DNA from: Dehalococcoidia bacterium
GTDB lineage: Bacteria; Chloroflexota; Dehalococcoidia; Plut-88900
Direction of reading: 5' to 3'
Assembly: GCA_965249275.1 (NCBI GenBank)
Contig: CBDFLQ010000006.1
Span: 576,001-640,000, forward strand
Length of the DNA: 64,000 nt
Position 1 is the first letter of the stretch, and every line of letters begins with the position of its first letter. Under the pieces are notes generated by a model that was not told the DNA's origin, made no database searches, and saw only the letters and a list, made by a program, of their open reading frames with translations. Positions 28,397 through 36,708 of this stretch are shown here, in pieces. The translations under genes and the position numbers were made by a program.

Positions 28397-29632
28397 ATGC
28401 CCAATCTAGACCGGTTCAGGAAAGACATGCAGGCACTGGCCCAGATAGGCCGGGTGGCGGAGGGTGGGGTGTCCCGCTTCTCGCTATCGCCCGCGGACAT
28501 CGAGGGTCGGAAGCTGACGATGGGGATAATGGAGAGCATCGGACTGTCGGTGCGCGTGGATGCGATTGGGAACATCCGGGCACGGCGCGAAGGTCGAGAC
28601 CCGTCGGCGCCCATAGTCATGATGGGGTCGCACATCGATAGCGTACCCAACGGCGGCGACTACGATGGCCCGACGGGCGTCATGGGTCCACTGGAGATCG
28701 TTCGTACTCTCAACGACGAGGGGATCGATACCCTTCATCCCATTGAGGTGGTGGTGTTCACCGACGAGGAGGGCGCCCGGTTCCGCAAAGGCACCCTGGG
28801 CAGCGCAGTGATGGCGGGGCGGATCCCGTGGGACGAGGTGAAGGACATCAAGGACGATGCAGGCGTCACCCTGACAGAGGCTCTACAAGGCATCGAGACA
28901 TCGGGAACGCCGAAGGAGATAGTCCTCCGCAGGGGAGAGATGAAGTCCTTTGTTGAGTTGCACGTAGAGCAGAGCGGTCGGCTGGAAGAGCAGTCCAAGG
29001 CCATCGGCGTGGTGCAGGCGATCACGGGGTCGAGCCACAAGCGGATCAGGGTGTTTGGAGTCGCCGATCACGCGGGGACCACACCCATGGACCGGAGGAC
29101 CGACGCGTTGGTACCCGCGGCCCGCATGGTGCAGGAAATGGAGCGGATCGGGAGGTCGGACCCTGAGGGGTCGCTGGTATGCACGGTCGGGATCCTGCAG
29201 GTGAAGCCGGGGGCCATGAACATCGTACCCAACGAGGTGACTTTCACTACCGACGTCCGTGACACGTCCCCTGCGACTCTCGATGAAGCGATCAAAGACA
29301 TCGACGACATGATCGCCGCGGTGGCCCTGGAGCGGGGGGTGGAGTTCGATATCGAGAATCTGGAATACATACCGGCAGTAGAGATGTCGGAGGACGTGAA
29401 ATCGGTCATTGCCTCGGCGTGCGACAAACTGGGGCTGGACCGGATGGATGCCTACAGCCGGGCTGTGCACGACACGTCCCACATGGCGCAAGTGACGAAT
29501 GGGGGGATGATCTTCGTGCCGAGCGTTGGGGGGAAGAGCCACTCGCCGGACGAGTTGACCTATTGGGAAGACATCCAGCCCGGCCTGGACGTGCTATACG
29601 AGGTTACGCTAGCCTTGGCGAAGGCAGATTGA
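28397..29632 (+). CDS. M20 amidohydrolase (allantoate / N-carbamoyl-amino-acid hydrolase family)
   Basis: GSHIDSVPNGG.YDG..GV, DEEG.RF, ELHVEQ, HAGTTPM, HD, SH.P.E. Confidence 0.92.
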   Translation: MPNLDRFRKDMQALAQIGRVAEGGVSRFSLSPADIEGRKLTMGIMESIGLSVRVDAIGNIRARREGRDPSAPIVMMGSHIDSVPNGGDYDGPTGVMGPLEIVRTLNDEGIDTLHPIEVVVFTDEEGARFRKGTLGSAVMAGRIPWDEVKDIKDDAGVTLTEALQGIETSGTPKEIVLRRGEMKSFVELHVEQSGRLEEQSKAIGVVQAITGSSHKRIRVFGVADHAGTTPMDRRTDALVPAARMVQEMERIGRSDPEGSLVCTVGILQVKPGAMNIVPNEVTFTTDVRDTSPATLDEAIKDIDDMIAAVALERGVEFDIENLEYIPAVEMSEDVKSVIASACDKLGLDRMDAYSRAVHDTSHMAQVTNGGMIFVPSVGGKSHSPDELTYWEDIQPGLDVLYEVTLALAKAD

Positions 29633-29690
29633 CCCTCAAGGATCACCCTAGCCCCCCCCATAGAAATAAGAGCGGCCACCCATCCCGCCT

Positions 29691-29725
29691 TCTCCGTCAT
29701 TCCCGTGCCCCGACACGGGAATCCA
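29691..29725 (+). repeat. REP-like palindromic repeat, copy 2
   Basis: TCTCCGTCATTCCCGTG-CCCCGA-CACGGGAAT-CCA hairpin. Confidence 0.8.
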
Positions 29726-29753
29726 TCCTTGGGAGAGAGGGAGGTGGGAGAAA

Positions 29754-29783
29754 TTGACGGGATTTTGACTGGGGTGATAAAAT
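29754..29783 (+). promoter_or_regulatory. tRNA operon promoter
   Basis: TTGACG (29754-29759), 18 nt spacer, TGA-TAAAAT (29778-29783). Confidence 0.75.
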
Positions 29784-29804
29784 CTAATGCTGCAAGGCCC
29801 CTGT

Positions 29805-29880
29805 AGGAGTGTAGCTCAGTTGGAAGAGCAGCGGTCTCCAAAACCGCAGGTCGGGGGTTCGAGCCCTCCCACTCCTGCCA
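29805..29880 (+). tRNA. trnW: tRNA-Trp (CCA)
   Basis: Cloverleaf; anticodon arm GCGGT-CTCCAAA-ACCGC; GGTTCGAG T-loop; encoded CCA. Confidence 0.97.
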
Positions 29881-29965
29881 ATCCAAGAGGCCGCGTTGAA
29901 GGTGATATTATTGTCATAGTCTCGGCAGTAAGTTGAAGGGGCGAGTGGGGGAAGATATTATGCTT

Positions 29966-30052
29966 GCCGAGGTGGTGGAATCGGTAGACACGCTGTCTTG
30001 AGGGGGCAGTGAGCGAAAGCTCGTAGGAGTTCAAATCTCCTCCTCGGCACCA
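29966..30052 (+). tRNA. trnL: tRNA-Leu (GAG)
   Basis: GCCGAGG/CCTCGGC acceptor stem, CTGTC-TTGAGGG-GGCAG, long variable arm, CCA. Confidence 0.97.
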
Positions 30053-30071
30053 TATTAAAGACATACGATAA

Positions 30072-30146
30072 GCGGAAGTGGCTCAGTGGTAGAGCATCAC
30101 CTTGCCAAGGTGAGGGTCGCGGGTTCGAATCCCGTCTTCCGCTCCA
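30072..30146 (+). tRNA. trnG: tRNA-Gly (GCC)
   Basis: GCGGAAG/CTTCCGC acceptor stem, TCACC-TTGCCAA-GGTGA, CCA. Confidence 0.97.
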
Positions 30147-30147
30147 G

Positions 30148-30222
30148 GGCGACGTAGCCAAGTGGTCAAGGCGGGGGTCTGCAAAACCTCTATCGGCGGT
30201 TCGAATCCGCCCGTCGCCTCCA
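30148..30222 (+). tRNA. trnC: tRNA-Cys (GCA)
   Basis: GGCGACG/CGTCGCC acceptor stem, GGGGT-CTGCAAA-ACCTC, CCA. Confidence 0.97.
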
Positions 30223-30235
30223 AACATACAAACAA

Positions 30236-30270
30236 GCGCAGGCCCGGGACCCCCGGCCTGCGCCTCTTTT
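30236..30270 (+). terminator. Terminator-like hairpin inside the tRNA cluster
   Basis: GCGCAGGCC...GGCCTGCGC stem followed by CTCTTTT. Confidence 0.6.
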
Positions 30271-30287
30271 AATCAGACCGTTCTCGG

Positions 30288-30374
30288 GCCGAGGTGGCGG
30301 AATTGGCAGACGCGACGGACTTAAAATCCGTTGGGAGTACTCCCATAAGGGTTCGAGTCCCTTCCTCGGCACCA
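30288..30374 (+). tRNA. trnL: tRNA-Leu (TAA)
   Basis: GCCGAGG/CCTCGGC acceptor stem, ACGGA-CTTAAAA-TCCGT, long variable arm, CCA. Confidence 0.97.
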
Positions 30375-30407
30375 GGACTTTCTTGCGCGGGACTGAACGA
30401 ATACGGT

Positions 30408-30875
30408 CTAGGGGGCGTCCGGGTGAATAGGCAAACTGTAGTCGGCGCTATTGACGCGAAACTCTAGTCGGTCTTTGCTGGGGCTATACAGCATTTCCCA
30501 CCGGTTGAGGATGTCGCGTCCCAAGAGTGACGGAACTCCTGCCTGGTCTAGATGCTCGTTAGGATCAAATACTACCAAGTTGATCCTGTAAACTTGGATG
30601 CCAGCTCCCTGCTCTTCGAATGCGACAAAGGCGGGAGTAATATGATTATGCGCTCTTCCACCTACCCCAACAGAAGTACGAGGATCCCTGGTAAGGGTGT
30701 TACAGTCAATTCCCATTCTCCCGACATCGTCAGGCATCAACGCGGTACTGTGAGCACCAGTATCTACCAGGAACTGCACCTCGCCAACAATATGCGAATC
30801 CGGAGATGCGCCTGGTATGGCCAAGCGGCCAGTTAGACGGGGCTGCTTAAGGAGGTCAAACTTACCGACCAACAT
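30408..30875 (-). CDS. Retropepsin-like (clan AA) aspartic protease
   Basis: FLVDTGA catalytic motif, GVGG flap, LLGRDIL; single-lobe size (155 aa). Confidence 0.88.
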   Translation of the reverse strand: MLVGKFDLLKQPRLTGRLAIPGASPDSHIVGEVQFLVDTGAHSTALMPDDVGRMGIDCNTLTRDPRTSVGVGGRAHNHITPAFVAFEEQGAGIQVYRINLVVFDPNEHLDQAGVPSLLGRDILNRWEMLYSPSKDRLEFRVNSADYSLPIHPDAP

Positions 30876-30878
30876 ATA

Positions 30879-31157
30879 TCAAAGCAACATTACCGGTGCG
30901 TCCGTTCGCATGAATTCGATGATGGTCTGTCCTCTCGGCAACCTCTTCGCATCTATATCACGTAAAACCTCATCCAGGTTCTCGCCATGTGCATGGATCT
31001 CACCTCGATAGAAGGCGATATATTGGTCCGGATATCTTTCAAGGAAGTCAGAGCGGCACTCCTCCAGCCGAACCGAGTCCTCACCGAACTCTCGAATCTC
31101 CTTCGCTACCTTGTGAGGGTCTCCGATGATCTCCTGTACCTTAGTCGCATCTATCAT
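30879..31157 (-). CDS. DUF5678-like small protein
   Basis: FLERYPDQYIAFYRGEIHAHGENLDEVL...P.MLL pattern; GGAGGG RBS; 3 nt from the protease start. Confidence 0.75.
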   Translation of the reverse strand: MIDATKVQEIIGDPHKVAKEIREFGEDSVRLEECRSDFLERYPDQYIAFYRGEIHAHGENLDEVLRDIDAKRLPRGQTIIEFMRTDAPVMLL

Positions 31158-31176
31158 TCTTACCCTCCCATTCCCA

Positions 31177-32118
31177 CTAATCCGGCCTAAGCACGTTTAT
31201 CGGATTCCCATTCAGATAAGCCCGAATCGTGTCTGCAGCAATGTTGGACATGTTGATTATGGCGGCAGGGGTGTCGTAGGCGATGTGGGGCGTGATGACG
31301 ACGTTGTCGAAGTGGCGAAGGGGTTCGTCGGTGGCAGGTTCTTCGGCGTAGACGTCGGTGGCAAAACCGGCCAGCCTCCCCGACTCCAATGCCTTTATCA
31401 CGGCGTCCTGCCGCACCACCTGGCCCCGAGACACGTTGACCAGGTAGGCCCCATCCTTCATCAACCCAAGCTCCCGCTCGCCGATGATTCCCATAGTGTC
31501 GTCGTTGAGCACCGGCGCGAGCTGGATATAATCTGACCGAGACATTAGCTCATCCAGGCCGACGAACTCGACGTTGTGGGCCTTGGCCCGCTCTTCCGAA
31601 GGATTCCTGGTAGTGCAAATTATATTCATCCCCAGCCCGTTCCCGATTGCTGCCAGCTCCGACCCCAGCCCCCCGAGTCCCAGGATGCCCATGGTCGCCC
31701 CCCGGATGGGGGTACCGCCGAACCGCTCCCACTTGCTCTCCCGCATCGACTTGTCGGCTTTGACCACCTGCCGTGCGAGGGCCAGCATCAGCGCAATCCC
31801 GTGCTCTGCGACGGCCTCATCACCATAGTGAGGTGTGTTGCACAGGGTGATCCCCTTGCTCCAGGCGTACTTCATGTCGATCTGGGTCTGCGGCCCGATG
31901 CCGAGGTAGCAGATCATCTTGAGGTCGGGCATGGCGTCGAGCATTTCGTGGGTGAGGTTGATCCAGCTCCAGACTATGGCCTCGGCGCCCTGGCAGCGCT
32001 CGATGAAAACCTCGGGAGAAGGCAGATCGTAGAAGTAGCTGGCGTCGGCCTCTCCGGCGAAAGGGTCACTTTCGAAAGGGATCATCCCTCCCAGGTCTGC
32101 GAAAACTACCTTCTTCAT
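31177..32118 (-). CDS. D-isomer-specific 2-hydroxyacid dehydrogenase
   Basis: AVAEH, GILGLGGLG, NVSRG, DVY..EP, TPHIA; ATG at 32118. Confidence 0.93.
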   Translation of the reverse strand: MKKVVFADLGGMIPFESDPFAGEADASYFYDLPSPEVFIERCQGAEAIVWSWINLTHEMLDAMPDLKMICYLGIGPQTQIDMKYAWSKGITLCNTPHYGDEAVAEHGIALMLALARQVVKADKSMRESKWERFGGTPIRGATMGILGLGGLGSELAAIGNGLGMNIICTTRNPSEERAKAHNVEFVGLDELMSRSDYIQLAPVLNDDTMGIIGERELGLMKDGAYLVNVSRGQVVRQDAVIKALESGRLAGFATDVYAEEPATDEPLRHFDNVVITPHIAYDTPAAIINMSNIAADTIRAYLNGNPINVLRPD

Positions 32119-32212
32119 AGTGCAATTCCTTCCGGTGAATGGCTGGGCTGATGGGTACTGAGCTCCGCCATTGTAATACAGGGGAGACCGGCAACAAGGC
32201 CGGAGCCTGGAG

Positions 32213-33295
32213 CTACCTGGTGATCTTGACGGTGCGTCGGTGTAGGGAGTATCCGCTCCGTGCCAGAAGCAGAATGGCTCCCAGCGCAATGACGCTAAGG
32301 TAATTTATCGAGCGATCGAGCAGGGTGACCGAGAGGGCCTCTTCGGCTGAGAGGACGATGGCAAGCACGCTGGTCATACCGGCCTCGACCAGCCCCAGGC
32401 CCCCGGGTGTTATCGGGAATGTAGTGATTATGGAAGAACCGAGCGCGACAAATACGACTATCGAGATGTTTACGTCCAGACCCAGCGAATATATGACCAA
32501 GAGAAGACGCGCGGTTTCGAAACCCAAAACGGCGATGCTGAGAACTGTCAGCCGGGGCCAACGGCGGAAGCTCTTGATAGTGCCTTCCCGGAAGCTGTCA
32601 TATCCACCTCTGAACTTGGCGGGCAATAATCGGGTTAGGCTCCGGCCGCTCACAACCATGGCAATCGGCACCCCTGCAAGGACGAGGGTCAAGACCACCC
32701 CACCCAGCAAGATATAGGTGAGCACGGGGTTCCAATAGGAGCTGAGGAGGAATAATGCAGCGAAGCCGAGCAGTCCGAAAGTGACAACCGTGTCCAAAAT
32801 CCGTTCGGCGAAGAGACTGCCCGCCACCAGGGCCAACCTCGCCTTGAGTCTGCTGGTCAGCTGGTAGCACCTGTATATGAAGCCCATCCTGAACACGGAA
32901 ACAGAGTTCAGGAACCAGCCCAGGAACCCGATCTCCGAGAGTGTCAGAATCGAAATCTTGTCCTGGGCATTGATGTCCTCACATCCCGAATCTTCCAGAA
33001 GCACCCGCCATCTAATCGATCTAACGGGGAAGCTAAGGTAGTAAATGGCGAAAGCGGCCCCGTACAACACTGGATCGGTCCGCTTTATTTCCAACCACGT
33101 GCTATCGAGGTCCAGATCGAACTGGACCATCAGGAAATATAGGAGGGAGCCGGCGATTGCAATGGCAACTACATTGCGCACGCTTAGGAAGCGCCGGCGC
33201 AGAGAGGAGAAAGTGAGTGCGGTACGACCGCCACCCTCCTGGGAGGTCTCGTCGTCCCGTTTGGTGGAATCGTTTATGTGTTCCGGATCATTCAT
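32213..33295 (-). CDS. Lysylphosphatidylglycerol synthase TM / flippase-like protein (UPF0104)
   Basis: RSIRWRVLL, ERILD, PITPGGLGLVEAGM, LLDR.I.Y; multi-TM. Confidence 0.88.
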   Translation of the reverse strand: MNDPEHINDSTKRDDETSQEGGGRTALTFSSLRRRFLSVRNVVAIAIAGSLLYFLMVQFDLDLDSTWLEIKRTDPVLYGAAFAIYYLSFPVRSIRWRVLLEDSGCEDINAQDKISILTLSEIGFLGWFLNSVSVFRMGFIYRCYQLTSRLKARLALVAGSLFAERILDTVVTFGLLGFAALFLLSSYWNPVLTYILLGGVVLTLVLAGVPIAMVVSGRSLTRLLPAKFRGGYDSFREGTIKSFRRWPRLTVLSIAVLGFETARLLLVIYSLGLDVNISIVVFVALGSSIITTFPITPGGLGLVEAGMTSVLAIVLSAEEALSVTLLDRSINYLSVIALGAILLLARSGYSLHRRTVKITR

Positions 33296-33296
33296 T

Positions 33297-34004
33297 TCAC
33301 AGCGGACGCTTTGCGGGGATACCCGACCTTCGGGGATACCTATCGGGGGTGGGGGCGGTCTTTTCGAACAATAGAAGGCGGCGGTTCTGGTCCAGGCCTT
33401 CCACACTCACCGGGACATCCTGCCGGAAGCTGCCCCCCAGCTCCGAGAGAGCACGTCGGAAATCACCGGGCTCATTCTTGTAGGAAGCGATCTTCTGAGC
33501 CACGACCTTACCCCCGACCCGACAGAAGGGAAGCGTGAACTCCAAGAGGGTAGAAAGGGGTGCCACAGCCCTGGAAACGACGAAATCAAAGGACTCTCTC
33601 AGGTCTTCTCGGCGGGCGAGTGTCTCGGCGCGGCCGCTGAGCACGGTTACGTCCTCCAAGCCCAGGTCCCGGGTCAGATGCTCCAGGAATCTTGTCTTCT
33701 TGCCGATCGAATCGAGGAGGAACAGGGAGATCGAATTACGGGCGATTTTTAGGGGCACGCCCGGAAATCCCGCCCCACTCCCCACATCCAGCAACCGCAA
33801 TGGACCCTCCGGCGGCAGCATCCTGATAACTGTGAGGGAGTCTACGAAATGCTTTAGCTGTATATCCTCTGCGCCGGTAATACTCGTCAGATTGGCCGTG
33901 AGGTTCCAGTCCCCGAGGCGCTCCAAATATAGGCCGAATAGGTCGATCTGGGCAGTTGTCAGGTCGAGACCCAAGGCTCGGGCCCCTTGTATCAGTTTGT
34001 CCAT
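33297..34004 (-). CDS. rsmG: 16S rRNA m7G527 methyltransferase
   Basis: NLTSI, HFVDS, DVGSGAGFPG.PL, GRAE, SRAVA, YPRR.G.P.KRPL. Confidence 0.96.
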   Translation of the reverse strand: MDKLIQGARALGLDLTTAQIDLFGLYLERLGDWNLTANLTSITGAEDIQLKHFVDSLTVIRMLPPEGPLRLLDVGSGAGFPGVPLKIARNSISLFLLDSIGKKTRFLEHLTRDLGLEDVTVLSGRAETLARREDLRESFDFVVSRAVAPLSTLLEFTLPFCRVGGKVVAQKIASYKNEPGDFRRALSELGGSFRQDVPVSVEGLDQNRRLLLFEKTAPTPDRYPRRSGIPAKRPL

Positions 34005-34224
34005 TTAGCCCCGAACCCGCAGTTTAGGAGCGCCGGTGCGGCCGGGATGTCCAGACCGATTATAGCACTGCGTACCTATTTATTGCCCACATCCTTCCCG
34101 AGATGCGACGGTTTTATTTGAGAGAAGGAAAGTCGGTTGCAATTTGCATAATCGCAAGGCGGTATGCAGGCTGACGTGAGTATTAGTGCATGATGTACTA
34201 CCATTGTGGAGGGGTAGGAAAAGC

Positions 34225-34872
34225 ATGGCCAACAGGCGGGACCAACCTTATATATGGATAACGTGGCTCACCAAGCTTCTGGTCGGGGAGAATTCCTGTG
34301 AGTGGGCGACCTGGTTCAGGGCCCACTACACAAACTTCCGCCGAGCGCCCGACGACTTCGACAGCGCAGGCTGGCAGATGAACCACACGGCCCTCCTGAA
34401 CAAAGTTCGCGACAGGCTCCAGACCGAGGGGCGCACGGTCTTCGTAGAGAAGCAGAACCGCTTCGTTCTCAGAGGAACCAGTGCCACCCTGGGAGGCAAG
34501 CCGGATTTGATCGCTCTTTCAGGGGACAAAGGCGTGATATACGACGTCAAGACCGGGCAGCCTTCAGCCTCGGACCACGTGCAGGTGATGACTTACATGT
34601 ACGCCGTGCCTCGGGCCCTGGGCCAGTACAGGAACATGGCCTTCGACGGCGTAGTGGCATACCGGGACTACGAGGTGACCATCCCTGCTTCGGCTATCGA
34701 TGAGCAGTTTATTGATAGGCTGGCCACGCTAATACGGAGGATCAGTCGGGCCCAACCCCTGGAAAAAACGCCCAGCGCCATGGAGTGCGGCTTCTGCCAG
34801 ATATCAAAAGAGGAATGCCCTGAACGTGTAGATAGTGAGCCGGAAGAGGGGTTAGTCACGACGGACTTTTGA
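34225..34872 (+). CDS. Solo Cas4-like PD-(D/E)XK nuclease with putative [4Fe-4S] cysteines
   Basis: GKPDLIA...YDVKTG, Q...Y motif (QVMTY); one N-terminal Cys plus C-terminal CGFCQISKEECP. Confidence 0.85.
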   Translation: MANRRDQPYIWITWLTKLLVGENSCEWATWFRAHYTNFRRAPDDFDSAGWQMNHTALLNKVRDRLQTEGRTVFVEKQNRFVLRGTSATLGGKPDLIALSGDKGVIYDVKTGQPSASDHVQVMTYMYAVPRALGQYRNMAFDGVVAYRDYEVTIPASAIDEQFIDRLATLIRRISRAQPLEKTPSAMECGFCQISKEECPERVDSEPEEGLVTTDF

Positions 34873-34884
34873 GAGGGTTGGTAG

Positions 34885-35406
34885 CTACCCGCTAAGTTGA
34901 AGCGCCGCCCACACTAGTCCCAGTATCACTTCGATCCCGAAGACTCCCGCCATCCAGTCCGCCCCGTTGGACCGCTTGCCGGTCAGTGCTCTATTCTCGC
35001 CGATAGCCTTGCCGGCTTCCTCCAGGACTTCCCTTCTGAACTCCGCCGCCGGTGCGGAGAGAGATTCCTCGTTATAAAGTACACTGGGAAGGGTATATTG
35101 AACAAAACCCATCCGACGGGTGTATATCAGGAACGCTACCCCGAATGTGGCCAGGGCCAGGGCGCATGACGCGAGGGTTAGGGACAGGGGCGAGGTTGAT
35201 AGCGGTTCATCTTGACTCAGAGCCATCACCGCAATGGGAAATGCCACAGTCACGATAACAATAAGGGCGATCAGCCTGTCTATCCTCTTCTCTACAGAGG
35301 AAACCCTGCGCAAGGACCAGTCATAGGCAGGCACGATCATCTCGTAGGCGAGCTCTAGAGTTTCCTTGTCGGTGTCCTTCATCGCCTTTCCCCAGATGGT
35401 GCACAT
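34885..35406 (-). CDS. Three-TM hypothetical protein, Pycsar-effector/DUF5706-like topology
   Basis: AGGAGG RBS; helix-TM-TM-soluble helix (N...K)-TM layout. Family resemblance by eye only. Confidence 0.65.
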   Translation of the reverse strand: MCTIWGKAMKDTDKETLELAYEMIVPAYDWSLRRVSSVEKRIDRLIALIVIVTVAFPIAVMALSQDEPLSTSPLSLTLASCALALATFGVAFLIYTRRMGFVQYTLPSVLYNEESLSAPAAEFRREVLEEAGKAIGENRALTGKRSNGADWMAGVFGIEVILGLVWAALQLSG

Positions 35407-35504
35407 AGGAATTTCCTCCTGTAGAATACCATAGGCAGGAGTCGCAGGTATTCCGACTCATCACCACCCGGAATTTCGCAGTTCCCTCACGGCGGGGATT
35501 TCCC

Positions 35505-35533
35505 TTGACAGGTACAATGGGTGCTGGTAGACT
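35505..35533 (+). promoter_or_regulatory. str/S10 superoperon promoter
   Basis: TTGACA (35505-35510), 17 nt spacer, TGG-TAGACT (35528-35533). Confidence 0.78.
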
Positions 35534-35631
35534 CGCCATTCGCGGCCACAGGACGTGGTTTGTCGTGTCTAAACAGTAAATTCACTACATGCAGGAACAG
35601 ATAGTAAAGCATAGCCGTTGAGCAAACGAAC

Positions 35632-36045
35632 ATGCCGACAGTCAATCAATTAATAAGGAAGGGCAGGTCCAGGGTCACCAAGAAGACCAAGGCCCCCGCT
35701 CTCCGCGTTTCCTACAACACACTGAAGAATAAGCAGGTACGAAACTCCAGCTCCCCGCAAAAGAGGGGAGTCTGTGTCCGGGTAAGAACCGTGACTCCCA
35801 AGAAGCCAAACTCGGCGCTGCGAAAGGTGGCGAGGGTCAGGCTGACCAACGGAATGGAAGTCACGGCCTACATCCCCGGCGAAGGACACAACCTCCAGGA
35901 GCACTCGGTAGTGCTTATAGAGGGAGGGAGAGTGAAGGACCTGCCCGGCGTAAGATATCACGTAATAAGGGGGTCGCTGGACGCATCCGGAGTAGCAAAT
36001 CGGCAGCAGGGCCGGAGTAAGTACGGAACTAAAAAAAGCCGTTAA
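35632..36045 (+). CDS. rpsL: 30S ribosomal protein S12
   Basis: [30 protein letters not shown]. Confidence 0.98.
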   Translation: MPTVNQLIRKGRSRVTKKTKAPALRVSYNTLKNKQVRNSSSPQKRGVCVRVRTVTPKKPNSALRKVARVRLTNGMEVTAYIPGEGHNLQEHSVVLIEGGRVKDLPGVRYHVIRGSLDASGVANRQQGRSKYGTKKSR

Positions 36046-36220
36046 CCGGGCGACTAGCAGTCGGGGCCCCACCCCAGTGTTGTGTCGCCGAGGCGCGCAG
36101 CCTCGGTTGACCCTCTTCGACCAGATAGACACCCTACTCAGCTAAAGACTGAGTTCCGAACAATATTTTTTGACCGACGTTACACCTATGTCTTCAGAGA
36201 CACATCGATAGAGCGAGAAA

Positions 36221-36691
36221 ATGGCGAGACGAAGACGAGCCGAAAAAAGACGTGTGGACCCGGACCCCAAGTATCATAGCCTGATGCTGGCCCGGTTCAT
36301 CAACAAGACCATGCATTCCGGCAAGAAGAGTACGGCGCAGCGTATCGTATACTCCGCGCTGGATATCATCGAAGACACCGAGAAAAAGAGCGGAATGGAC
36401 GTGTTCGATCAGGCGATTCGAAACACCTCTCCCCTGCTGGAAGTGAAGCCCCGCCGAGTGGGTGGCGCCACGTACCAGGTGCCGCGAGAGGTCAGGTCCG
36501 ACCGCAGCCTCACAATGGCAATGCGCTGGCTTCTGACCGCCTCCCGGGCCAAGACGGGCCGACCCATGGCTCGAAGACTGGCTGAGGAACTTATGGACGC
36601 CTCCAAGGGTCAAGGGGTGGCAGCCAAGCGCCGGGAAGACCTGCACCGCATGGCAGAGGCCAACCGGGCCTTCGTACATTACCGCTGGTAG
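36221..36691 (+). CDS. rpsG: 30S ribosomal protein S7
   Basis: [27 protein letters not shown]. Confidence 0.98.
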   Translation: MARRRRAEKRRVDPDPKYHSLMLARFINKTMHSGKKSTAQRIVYSALDIIEDTEKKSGMDVFDQAIRNTSPLLEVKPRRVGGATYQVPREVRSDRSLTMAMRWLLTASRAKTGRPMARRLAEELMDASKGQGVAAKRREDLHRMAEANRAFVHYRW

Positions 36692-36708
36692 AGATTAAAG
36701 ATAAAGAA

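Noticed and set aside
30345-31200. tRNA-anchored genomic island with att duplication
   Set aside because: No duplicate of the tRNA-Leu 3' end and no integrase found downstream; only proximity is supported.
34005-35630. Possible CRISPR array near the Cas4-like gene
   Set aside because: No regularly spaced direct repeats seen here or elsewhere in the window, and no other cas genes.
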